From Ignicoccus pacificus DSM 13166 (GTDB taxonomy: Archaea > Thermoproteota > Thermoprotei_A > Sulfolobales > Ignicoccaceae), in assembly GCA_025340205.1 (NCBI GenBank), contig CP006868.1, positions 660,001 through 692,000 of the forward strand: 32,000 nt of DNA. The letters run 5' to 3'. The notes under the pieces are model-generated. The model did no database searches. It was not told the origin of the DNA and worked only from the letters and a program-made list of their open reading frames with translations. Position 1 is the first letter of the stretch; the number at the start of each line of letters is the position of its first letter. Made by a program: the position numbers and the translations under genes. Positions 1-7,049 of the stretch are shown piece by piece.

Positions 1-396
1 TTCGAAATGAGGAGAGAACACTTGGAGGTAGCCAAGAAAAACCTAAGGAGGTTCGGCCTAGATAAGAACGTGGTGTTCGTGAGAGACACCCTAGCTAATG
101 CCCCAAGGGTTTTCGGCGAAGAGGTATTCGACTTGGCTGTGGTGGACGTGGGAGACCCTTGGAACGTGGTAGAGGGGGTGTGGAAAGCCTTGAAAGGAGG
201 AGCTCCCACCGCCTTCTGGCTTCCTACGACGAATCAGTTGGAGAAGCTCAAGAAGGCGTTGGAGGGAAGGTTCTTGTGGATAGAGGCATTAGAAGTTACG
301 GAAAGGAGAATGAGGGTCTCCGTGGGAGCGGTTAGGCCCGAACAGTTCGGAATAACGTTTACGGGCTACTTAGTTATAGCTAGGAAGATCTCATAG
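1..396 (+). CDS. trmI: tRNA (adenine-N1)-methyltransferase, TrmI/Gcd14 family, C-terminal part; the 5' end lies outside the window
   Basis: Frame 1 is open from nt 1. The C-terminus VVDVGDPWNVVEGVWKALKGGAPTAFWLPTTNQLEKL...LEVTERRMRV...VRPE...FTGYLVIARK follows the D-x-PW / ALKPGG / Y-LP-Q / LE / R-RP / HT-FL-AR order that I recall for TrmI C-terminal halves. Confidence 0.75.
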   Translation, partial: FEMRREHLEVAKKNLRRFGLDKNVVFVRDTLANAPRVFGEEVFDLAVVDVGDPWNVVEGVWKALKGGAPTAFWLPTTNQLEKLKKALEGRFLWIEALEVTERRMRVSVGAVRPEQFGITFTGYLVIARKIS

Positions 397-1615
397 CCTC
401 TATCTCCTTGTGCAGTATCTCCCTGTCTACTAAGGCTAGAGCGACTATCCCGACGAGGCCTATCAGACCGGCTATGACGAATACCCAACCCCCGTCCATA
501 CCATTATCCACGAACCACTTGTACAGTATTGAACCAAATAAGGGGCCTATGATCATGCCGAAGTTGAAGGTAGATTGTTGTATTCCGAATACCTTTGCCG
601 TAAGCTCCTTTGGTATTAGATCGCTCTGCACGCTTCTCATTAACGGCATAGCAACGCTTGTAGCGAAGTTAAATACAGTTAATACCAATACCATGCTCGC
701 GTATCCTTTTGCTAGCATCATTGCCATCAGAGCTATCTTGTGTATTGCCCCGGTCCACACGAGTATCTGGAACCTTCTCTGAAAGCCTATTTCGTCCATC
801 TTCTTGGTTAATGGAACTGCCAGGAGCATGCCAACTATTCCACTTATCGCTAGAATACTCGCTAGCTCCATTGGAACTGAAGTTATGTATTGCATTATGT
901 ATATTAGCAGAACACTCATCATCATTCCTCCTGCTATTCCATTAACGAAACCATTCAAGAAGAAGACGTAAAGGGCTCCCATGATCTTTGCAGATAGCTC
1001 CCTCAACTTCTTGGACTTATGAATAACTTCCGGAACCTTAATCATCATAATTATTCCTAGTATAGCTCCTATAGGGAGCAACACAAAGGGAGTCCTTACT
1101 GCGACGTCAAGGGGAAGGGAAGCAGCTGCTTGAAGCACCGCTCCACCTAAGACCGGGCCGAAGATGAATCCCAAGTTCATTGCCATAACATAGAACATTA
1201 GAGCCTTAGTCTTGCTCTCTGGAAATAGGTCAACTAGCAAGGATTCAGCTATAGGCCACACTAAGGCTGAGGCAACTCCTTGAAGAGCCCTCCAGAGGAG
1301 GACTTGGAGGAATGAGTTTGAGAAGATCATTCCAATTCCGCTTATCAAGTAGAGAATCAATCCGCTCATTAACGCCCTCTTTCTACCCGTCCTCTCAGCG
1401 ATGAATCCGGACGAGAAGGCAACTATCACTCTAGTAGCCATGTAAGCCGACGTAAGGGTTCCGACCTCTACCACTACCTTTTCGGCCGGCAAGAACTTGG
1501 CCACTATCTGGTGCAGGGATCCCTTTAGATATAACATGAAATAGGGTAACGCTACGTTCGACGCAGCGAAGGTTATACTGATTATTAGCGACAGCAGTAC
1601 GAACCTCTTCCACAT
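380..1615 (-). CDS. MFS-type transporter
   Basis: About 12 hydrophobic segments and an MFS motif-A-like loop (ERTGRKRAL). The ORF is open up to a TTG at 1705. I prefer the ATG at 1615 (MWKRFVLLS...) because it avoids overlapping the upstream gene. The 3' end overlaps trmI convergently by 17 nt. Confidence 0.7.
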   Translation of the reverse strand: MWKRFVLLSLIISITFAASNVALPYFMLYLKGSLHQIVAKFLPAEKVVVEVGTLTSAYMATRVIVAFSSGFIAERTGRKRALMSGLILYLISGIGMIFSNSFLQVLLWRALQGVASALVWPIAESLLVDLFPESKTKALMFYVMAMNLGFIFGPVLGGAVLQAAASLPLDVAVRTPFVLLPIGAILGIIMMIKVPEVIHKSKKLRELSAKIMGALYVFFLNGFVNGIAGGMMMSVLLIYIMQYITSVPMELASILAISGIVGMLLAVPLTKKMDEIGFQRRFQILVWTGAIHKIALMAMMLAKGYASMVLVLTVFNFATSVAMPLMRSVQSDLIPKELTAKVFGIQQSTFNFGMIIGPLFGSILYKWFVDNGMDGGWVFVIAGLIGLVGIVALALVDREILHKEIEAMRSS

Positions 1616-1676
1616 GCTTAGACCCGCTGGTGCTGGATGGGAGGGACTTTTGACACGTTCGATGCTTGTGTACGCA

Positions 1677-2081
1677 CTAGTAACCCCTTCTAAGGAATAT
1701 TCCAAAATCCACCAAGTTAATAGCCATATTCGTCTTGAGCAAGGCCAATCCTAATAGGACGTCCTCCCAGTACACCAGTACGTAACCCCTCTTACAAGGC
1801 TTCTTGATCACTTCAAAGGATTTGGAGAATAGGTCACGGCCGTAGAGGAACAGCATAGCCTTTTTCTCGTCCATTACCTTTATAATTCCTCTACCCGCTG
1901 TGGAAGCTAAGAGCTTCACTCCTCCGGGGGTCACCTTTGCCCCTTCTTCTATCAAGTAACTTCCTCCTTCAACATGAGAAGCGAAGAGCTTGTTCCCCTC
2001 TCTCCTAAATTTCACATCATATAGCTTGGAACCGAGACACTCCTTTAATGCGAAGAAAGAGGGTGGAGAGGGCTTTCTCAA
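1677..2081 (-). CDS. PUA-domain protein, Nip7-like ribosome-biogenesis factor homologue
   Basis: 134 aa with a TTG start. The C-terminal ...GYVLVYWEDVLLGLALL...INLVDFGIFLRRGY resembles the PUA domain and the D-[IV]-G-E-[FY]-LR tail of Nip7 homologues. The N-terminal domain is shorter than I expect for this family. Confidence 0.5.
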   Translation of the reverse strand: MRKPSPPSFFALKECLGSKLYDVKFRREGNKLFASHVEGGSYLIEEGAKVTPGGVKLLASTAGRGIIKVMDEKKAMLFLYGRDLFSKSFEVIKKPCKRGYVLVYWEDVLLGLALLKTNMAINLVDFGIFLRRGY

Positions 2082-2106
2082 GGGCCCTCAGCCCTCACAC
2101 GGGTCA

Positions 2107-2721
2107 TCACTCTTCAGAGCCGGTGATCCTCTTCACTGGACCCATCACTTCCTTGTAGAAGATGAACTCTTGGAGCTTGTTAAGTATGTTGGTAACGTAG
2201 TCTATCTTTCTCCTAAGCTCATAGTCTCTTGGGTTCACGTGCAGCATGAATAGATATATCTCTTCTATTACATTCCTAACTTTCTTGGCGAACTCCACAT
2301 CTCCAGCTATCATCTTATCGGTCGCTATCCTGAGCAACTCTCCAGCGGCGTCCATGATACCGGCGATGTACTCTTGAACGGTCGTTTCGAGTTCTTCCTT
2401 TGTCGGAAATCTACCTTCCTTCATGAAGTAGTATATTGCTGCCGCTTCAACGTACTCCTGATCAGCGTTGAATATCATGTTTATCGTGGAAAGCCTTGGA
2501 TTATCCTTGGCTATCTTGAACATCTCTGTTCTCATCTCCTCCATTTCCTTTAGCCTCTTCTCTGCCTCCTCCATGTTGCTCCTTCTAACGGCGTAGATGC
2601 AAAGCTTGCTGTTCTTGATTACCTTTCTGGCTAAATCATATATCTTATCCTTGAGATCGTCGTAGACATCGAGCTCTTGAGCGAGCTTTTCTGCATAGTC
2701 CTTGGTGAGAGGCTCTACCAT
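2107..2721 (-). CDS. translin-family protein
   Basis: 204 aa and all-helical. EYIAGIMDAAGELLR matches the translin Y-[LI]-x-G-[LI]-x-D-x-[TA]-GEL-x-R core. Length is typical for the family. Confidence 0.65.
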   Translation of the reverse strand: MVEPLTKDYAEKLAQELDVYDDLKDKIYDLARKVIKNSKLCIYAVRRSNMEEAEKRLKEMEEMRTEMFKIAKDNPRLSTINMIFNADQEYVEAAAIYYFMKEGRFPTKEELETTVQEYIAGIMDAAGELLRIATDKMIAGDVEFAKKVRNVIEEIYLFMLHVNPRDYELRRKIDYVTNILNKLQEFIFYKEVMGPVKRITGSEE

Positions 2722-2724
2722 CCC

Positions 2725-3294
2725 TCACACCTCTATTCCCGCTTGCCTCAATCTACCCTTCATAGTGGGCACATCGGTCTCGGGAAATAGCTCCAACCTC
2801 TCCTTGATCTTCCTTATGTTCAAGCTTATCTTCTTCTGATCGGCTAAAGCCTTGACTCCCCTTATCACGTCTATTGCCTCTGGATCCTCCGACCTGGACT
2901 TCAACACAACGTAGTCCTCAGGAGAGATCTTCCTTATCTTAACTCCCTTTATCTCTATGGTCTTTGCCTCGTCAAGTATCTCCTGGGGTACGTAGAAGTC
3001 CATTATATTATCGTAGAACTCTATCTCTACTTGAGATTTTGGACCGTCCGCGACCATCTTCGGGGTTCCCAGACCGGTGTGGCCGTATTCCCAACCCATT
3101 TCCAGAGCAAAGCTTCTGAAGAGGTCCTCCTCTACTAAGGCGAAGTGGTTAGTCGGAAAGAGGTCCAAGTCCCCGGTGAACTGCTTCTTCCTCAGCTCGA
3201 GCTCTATGGTAGTACCGCCTATGATTACCGCCTCCAGACCGGCCTCAGACAGCTTCTTCATTACGTACAATAAATCGTCGAGCGTATAGGTCAA
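2725..3294 (-). CDS. hypothetical protein, possibly a minimal nucleotidyltransferase fold
   Basis: 189 aa. The N-terminal ...AVIIGGTTIELELRKKQFTGDLDLF resembles a GG/GS...DxD Pol-beta NTase signature. There is a 4-nt gap to the translin gene and a 6-nt gap to rpl40e. Confidence 0.35.
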   Translation of the reverse strand: MTYTLDDLLYVMKKLSEAGLEAVIIGGTTIELELRKKQFTGDLDLFPTNHFALVEEDLFRSFALEMGWEYGHTGLGTPKMVADGPKSQVEIEFYDNIMDFYVPQEILDEAKTIEIKGVKIRKISPEDYVVLKSRSEDPEAIDVIRGVKALADQKKISLNIRKIKERLELFPETDVPTMKGRLRQAGIEV

Positions 3295-3300
3295 CGTTCA

Positions 3301-3468
3301 TTACCTCTTGCCTCCGATCTCGTAGTGCTTCGGCCTCAAGTTGGTGCTCTTACACCTTCTGCACTTCTTGGCTCCCCAAGGGTTGAGAGCTCCGCATCTC
3401 CTGCACACGTACTTCTTTAGCACTCTCTTCTGAACTATGGCTATCAGCTCGGGGTCCGTGACTGGCAT
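3301..3468 (-). CDS. rpl40e: 50S ribosomal protein L40e
   Basis: This 55-aa ORF falls below the ORF-track cutoff, so I translated it by hand: [55 protein letters not shown]. It has the C-x2-C...C-x2-C zinc ribbon and the basic tail typical of archaeal L40e. Confidence 0.9.
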   Translation of the reverse strand: MPVTDPELIAIVQKRVLKKYVCRRCGALNPWGAKKCRRCKSTNLRPKHYEIGGKR

Positions 3469-3482
3469 TCTTTCCTCACCGC

Positions 3483-3741
3483 TAGGCCCATTGGGTAGAG
3501 AGCTTTAAAGGAAAGCGGGATCCCCTTCCATGACAACCCGCCGAGGCTCCCGAGGGGAGGCGATGAAAGCGGGAGTTACTCCCGGATTCCTTGTCACATA
3601 CCTTATAGAGAGCCTTAAGCTCTATATCATAGCACGGTATAAGGATGAGGGTACTAGCGCCCTTACTTCTGTCGCTTTCCTTAGCACCTGTCCAGAGCAC
3701 CTAATGATAGTCCACAATCCGAGCTCTCAAAGTTTGACCTA
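3483..3741 (+). ncRNA. rnpB: structured ncRNA, best explained as a compact RNase P RNA
   Basis: No credible coding frame. UUAAAGGAAAGCGGGAU (3505-3520) resembles the GAGGAAAGUCCGG junction and P4 5' strand. CCUAAUGAUAGUCCACAAUCCGAGCU (3698-3724) resembles the conserved ...CCUAGAUGAAUGACUGUCCACGACAGAACCCGGCUUA... 3' region of RNase P RNAs as I recall it. The nested helices are GAGAGCU 3498-3504 with AGCUCUC 3722-3728 (P2-like), CGGGAU 3515-3520 with AUCCG 3717-3721 carrying one bulge (P4-like), and UAGG 3483-3486 with CCUA 3738-3741. A U4 run follows at 3742-3745. Many internal hairpins are present, for example GGGAG-UUA-CUCCC. Confidence 0.55.
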
Positions 3742-4066
3742 TTTTCCAAGTAAGGGCAAAGCTTCCTACAGATCTTCAGGAAAAGATCATCACGATCAAA
3801 CGTGTAAGGTTACTCTAACTCCTAACTGGACTAGCTTTGAAGAGATAAGGCAATTGAATTCATAAAGGTAATTAAGCATTATAGAGGTTTCTATGTTTTC
3901 TCCGAAACACTAGTGCTGAGGGATCTGAGCTTCATCGATAAAGCCTTGAAGCAGATGATATCAAAGGTAGGAAAGCTGAAGAAGGAAGTTAATGAGTATG
4001 AGAGCTTAACCAAGTTAGCGCTAAGCGGTTGAGCTAATTAATCCCAGATCGCTCCTCCTTCATGAA

Positions 4067-4136
4067 GGCGGGCGGGTCAGAGGTGGACTCTTCGCTCATC
4101 GATCACCCAAGACCCCATTCATCATTCCCGCCCGCC
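4067..4136 (-). ncRNA. C/D-box sRNA (2'-O-methylation guide)
   Basis: The minus strand reads GGCGGGCGGG-AAUGAUGA-AUGGGGUCUUGG-GUGA-UCGAUGA-GCGAAGAGUCCACCU-CUGA-CCCGCCCGCC. That gives a C box AUGAUGA, a D box CUGA, internal D'-like GUGA and C'-like (UC)GAUGA, a 12-nt guide before D' and a guide of about 15 nt before D, all closed by a perfect 10-bp GC terminal stem. Confidence 0.75.
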
Positions 4137-4379
4137 AATGCTCTCTAACTTCGTGAGGATAATCACAATAGAGAGCTAGGTGAAAGTGATCACAGCTTTA
4201 ACACACAATCAAATCGAGTAAGACATCCTGAAGACCAAGTACTCATTTCCAACGAAGAATAAAGAGTTGATCCAAAATGAGAATGCTTCTCCATTTCATG
4301 CGATATTTTTTCGCACTTATACCTTACTCTAACTAGAAAATTTATTAATCGAGAATATTCTAATGCTATTGGTGAGAAT

Positions 4380-4670
4380 GTGGTGGAGTTATTCCAGTCA
4401 CGCCCTCTAAGGCCTCCAGACAAGAGGATACTTGAACCTTGGAATGAGGTCATAGAAGTATGGAAAAACGGTGACTCATCCATAGTGGAAATGAACGGAT
4501 GGACACCCCTAGGCAGGGCACTCTTCGAAGTAAGAACCGACTCTTTAGGAAGGTTAAACGTGGAGGCACTCAATCCTGAAGCACAGATGATTCTCTCAAA
4601 CTTACAAACGACTCCTACCGATGAGGCCATGAAGAAGTTCCTCGAGAGACTTAAGAGATATTCCCTATAA
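4380..4670 (+). CDS. hypothetical small protein (96 aa), orphan
   Basis: GTG start. Composition is balanced and hydrophilic (…RILEPWNEVIEVWKNGDSSIVEMNGWTPLGRALFEV…). A TATA-like TTTATTAA at 4341-4348 lies about 32 nt upstream, consistent with a leaderless transcript, and T-runs follow the stop. I recognise no family. Confidence 0.4.
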   Translation: MVELFQSRPLRPPDKRILEPWNEVIEVWKNGDSSIVEMNGWTPLGRALFEVRTDSLGRLNVEALNPEAQMILSNLQTTPTDEAMKKFLERLKRYSL

Positions 4671-4678
4671 GTAGAGAC

Positions 4679-4697
4679 TTTATTTTCGCATGTTTTT
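4679..4697 (+). terminator. oligo-T termination signals
   Basis: CTTTATTTTCGCATGTTTTTGG lies directly after the stop at 4670, with T4 at 4683-4686 and T5 at 4693-4697. Archaeal RNA polymerase terminates at oligo-T tracts. Confidence 0.4.
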
Positions 4698-4869
4698 GGT
4701 ATAGTAATATAGTAAGCTAATAATGATCTAAACGATCTATTTACTAATAATGCATACCAGAGAAGGCCACATGATTCAAGCTGAGAGGGAAAAGTGAAAG
4801 TAACTAAATCGCTATCCTAAATCACCTAGACTTTTAGGTAATTATGTGTAGCTTCGCAAGGGTCTCCCT

Positions 4870-5415
4870 TTGTCCCTCCTCGAAGAGCTCCAAAGGAAAG
4901 CTAATGAAGAAAGCAAGTACCCAAACGATCAAGAGTTCTTGGAAAGGAAGGCAATTGATGTAGTTTACGAAATGCTCAAGGCAAAGGAACTGCTCGAAAA
5001 GGGAGATACGAGAAACGCTGCTGGCAAGGCATTCCAAGCTTGGAAGGATCTGCTTTCATGCTTGGTCTACTTGAACTTGGATAAGCTAGCTAAAGATGAG
5101 AAGGAGAAAGAGTGGTACCTCAAAAAGGGAATAATAGTTCCAACCACCAAAATGCAGCCCTTGGCGTTGAAACTAGAGGAGCTAGGCTTCAAGGGGATCT
5201 CTTCTTGGAGTGATAAAGCTCTACTTCTCCACAACTACCAGTACAACGGACCGGATCCAGACAACTACTACGGAGGGATCGTAAGCGAAGAGGTCGCTAA
5301 GGAGTACGTGAAGCTCTTGCTAAAGGCTACTAAGGAGTACTTGGAGAAGTACGTTCTTCCTCATATCAAAGGGAAGAGCTTGGAGATGATAAGGGAAGGG
5401 ATGAGATTAGTTTGA
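4870..5415 (+). CDS. PaREP1-like (HEPN-like helical) family protein
   Basis: 181 aa with a TTG start. ...AKELLEKGDTRNAAGKAFQAWKDLL... followed by ...SSWSDKALLLHNYQYNG... fits the E-L-x-x-GD-x-x-A-x-EK-x-W...W...LH...Y/F-x-G layout I recall for archaeal PaREP1 proteins. Confidence 0.5.
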   Translation: MSLLEELQRKANEESKYPNDQEFLERKAIDVVYEMLKAKELLEKGDTRNAAGKAFQAWKDLLSCLVYLNLDKLAKDEKEKEWYLKKGIIVPTTKMQPLALKLEELGFKGISSWSDKALLLHNYQYNGPDPDNYYGGIVSEEVAKEYVKLLLKATKEYLEKYVLPHIKGKSLEMIREGMRLV

Positions 5416-5426
5416 AGTTGTGAAAG

Positions 5427-5504
5427 TGGCGCCGCGGCCGGGATTTGAACCCGGGTCACGGGCTCGACAGGCCCGCATACTAGGCCTGGCTATACTACCG
5501 CGGC
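5427..5504 (-). tRNA. tRNA-Asp (anticodon GUC), CCA encoded
   Basis: Folded by hand. Acceptor GCCGCGG/CCGCGGC, D stem GUAU/GUAU, anticodon stem CGGGC/GCCCG with loop CU-GUC-GA, T arm CCGGG-UUCAAAU-CCCGG, discriminator G, then genomic CCA. No intron. Confidence 0.95.
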
Positions 5505-5532
5505 ACTTCCGTGCAGGGGAAGAGTGACTATC

Positions 5533-5539
5533 TTTATAA
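5533..5539. promoter_or_regulatory. palindromic TATA element shared by divergent tRNA-Asp and the B3/4-domain gene
   Basis: The element is CTTTATAAG, whose reverse complement is CTTATAAAG. It is centred about 30 nt from the tRNA 5' end (5504) and about 30 nt from the ATG at 5570. This is the only TATA-like element in the 65-nt spacer. Confidence 0.45.
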
Positions 5540-5569
5540 GCTTTTCCCTTCAAGCGCTTTTGAACTTGA

Positions 5570-6265
5570 ATGGATCGCCTCCTAGAGGGCAAAGGCTTGG
5601 TAAGGATCACACTCGATGATTATGCCAGAGAACTCGGAGCCTTCTTGGCCTATGACGAAGCACTAAACGTAAAAGTGTTAGAAAATGATAGCGATGTAGA
5701 GAGACTTCTTAGAGAAGCAGAAGAGGAGGTCAGAAGAGAGCTAACCATAGAAAACTTGAAGAGTAATAGCATCATAAGGGCTTACAGAGATTTCATGTGG
5801 AAGATAGGAATCGATCCCACTAAGATTAGGCCGGCCTCAGAGGCTCTGATAAGAAGGGCGCTAAGAGGAAACTTGCCTAATATAAACTCCTTGGTAGACT
5901 TAGGAAATGCTATAAGCATAAAGTATATGGTCCCCATTGGCATATATGATTTAAACAAAATAGTCTCAGACTTAAAGCTCAGAAGGGCTAGGGAAGGAGA
6001 GAAGTTCGAGCCCATAGGTAGAGGAGAAGTTATCCTTAAGGGGAATGAACTGGTTTTAGCTGATGATGTAGGTATTCTCCATTTATTCCCTTATAGAGAC
6101 TCAAGGAGAACTATGATCACTTTGGATACAAGGAATGCCTTGGTTGTAGCTGCCGGAGTTCCTGGAGTAGATATCGATAGGGTAAAGGGAGCGGTTCACG
6201 AGATATTAAAGTTCTTAGAGGGAAAGGGTGCCAAGGTGAGCCACGATGTGTACCTCGCCAAGTGA
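5570..6265 (+). CDS. B3/B4 tRNA-binding-domain protein (PheRS beta B3_4-like, COG3382-type)
   Basis: 231 aa. ...IRAYRDFMWKIGIDPTKIRPASEALIRRALRGNLPNINSLVDLGNAISIKYMVPIGIYDL...HLFPYRDSRRT matches the B3_4 domain pattern (R-P-S-x-E-x-L-x-R...N-x-x-V-D-x-x-N). Confidence 0.65.
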   Translation: MDRLLEGKGLVRITLDDYARELGAFLAYDEALNVKVLENDSDVERLLREAEEEVRRELTIENLKSNSIIRAYRDFMWKIGIDPTKIRPASEALIRRALRGNLPNINSLVDLGNAISIKYMVPIGIYDLNKIVSDLKLRRAREGEKFEPIGRGEVILKGNELVLADDVGILHLFPYRDSRRTMITLDTRNALVVAAGVPGVDIDRVKGAVHEILKFLEGKGAKVSHDVYLAK

Positions 6266-7049
6266 GTGCAGGAAGGCAGCGCTGAGAGCAGCGGAAAAAG
6301 GAATTGAATACTTGAGGAAAAGCTTCCTTAAAGAGGAACTTACCAATGTAGTGGAGGATCACAAGACCGACGTAAGCAGAAAGGTCGATTTGGAAGTCGA
6401 GGACATAATAATAAGAACGCTAAGAGAAGAGGGCTTCAAGGGAAGCATAGTCACCGAGGAGAAAGGCGTAGTAGGGGATGGGGAGGACCACGCGATAATA
6501 GACCCCCTTGACGGAAGCTTGGATTTTAGTGTAGGAATGCCCTACTTCATAGTAAGCGTCGCCATAGCCAAAGGGGAGACCCTAAGGGATGTAGTGGCCG
6601 GCGCCCTCTGTCCCTCCTTCGGCCATCCTTGCTACTCCTTCGATGACAGAGGAGTGTACGAAGGCGACTTGCCCTTGAAAAGGGGCAAGAGAGAAAAAGT
6701 GATGATCTTCTATGGCGATCCGGAGAGTAAACAATTAGAGTTCCTTAAGCGCAGTCATGAACTGTTGGGCAGACCTAAGATAAGAACTCCAGGAGCCATA
6801 GCTTTCGATCTGTTACACTTGGTAAGAGGTAAGGTTTTAGCAGTTATAGACATAAGGAATAAGTTAAGGAACGTCGATATAGCAAGTGCCATACCCATGT
6901 ACCTAAGGGTAGGTGGAAACGTCAACGAAGACGTACTCGACACGAAAGTAGACTCCGTAAGGGTTGCGGGAGACATAATAGCTCTGGACGATGAAGAGAA
7001 ATTCAAGGAGTTAATACAGGCCCGCGCCGCCCTCCTCGGTAGGCGGTGA
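6246..7049 (+). CDS. inositol monophosphatase / fructose-1,6-bisphosphatase family protein
   Basis: 267 aa with the metal-binding motifs TEEKG, IIDPLDGSLDF and a late VDIASA (WD-x-AA-like). It overlaps the upstream gene by 20 nt and the downstream gene by GTGA. Confidence 0.75.
   Translation: MCTSPSECRKAALRAAEKGIEYLRKSFLKEELTNVVEDHKTDVSRKVDLEVEDIIIRTLREEGFKGSIVTEEKGVVGDGEDHAIIDPLDGSLDFSVGMPYFIVSVAIAKGETLRDVVAGALCPSFGHPCYSFDDRGVYEGDLPLKRGKREKVMIFYGDPESKQLEFLKRSHELLGRPKIRTPGAIAFDLLHLVRGKVLAVIDIRNKLRNVDIASAIPMYLRVGGNVNEDVLDTKVDSVRVAGDIIALDDEEKFKELIQARAALLGRR

Noticed and set aside
408-945. Plus-strand ORFs 408-782 and 709-945.
   Set aside because: They are antisense to a clear MFS transporter gene and have no motifs.
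3483-3745. An alternative identity for the structured RNA: SRP (7S) RNA.
   Set aside because: The 5' GCUAGGCC is faintly SRP-Alu-like. However, I found no helix-8 signature (GGAA tetraloop flanked by AGCA) on either strand, whereas the RNase P landmarks and P1/P2/P4 nesting are present. This remains unproven without a covariance-model search.
3770-3800. A mini C/D-like element on the minus strand: GAUC-GUGAUGA-UCUUUUC-CUGA-AGAUC.
   Set aside because: Only 7 nt separate the boxes, so there is no room for a guide. The flanking pairing is weak. It is probably a chance occurrence or at most an isolated K-turn, so I did not call it.
3482-3865. ORFs 3482-3700 (minus) and 3530-3865 (plus).
   Set aside because: They overlap each other and the hairpin-dense RNase P-like RNA. 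Their composition is odd and they have no promoter or start context. An ncRNA explains the region better.
4190-4630. A 146-aa minus-strand ORF.
   Set aside because: It is Ser-rich and implausible, and it is antisense to the better-supported 4380-4670 plus-strand ORF. It has no start context.
5407-5610. A 67-aa minus-strand ORF.
   Set aside because: It lies directly over tRNA-Asp and its promoter. The Arg/Ser/Pro-rich sequence comes from translating the tRNA gene.
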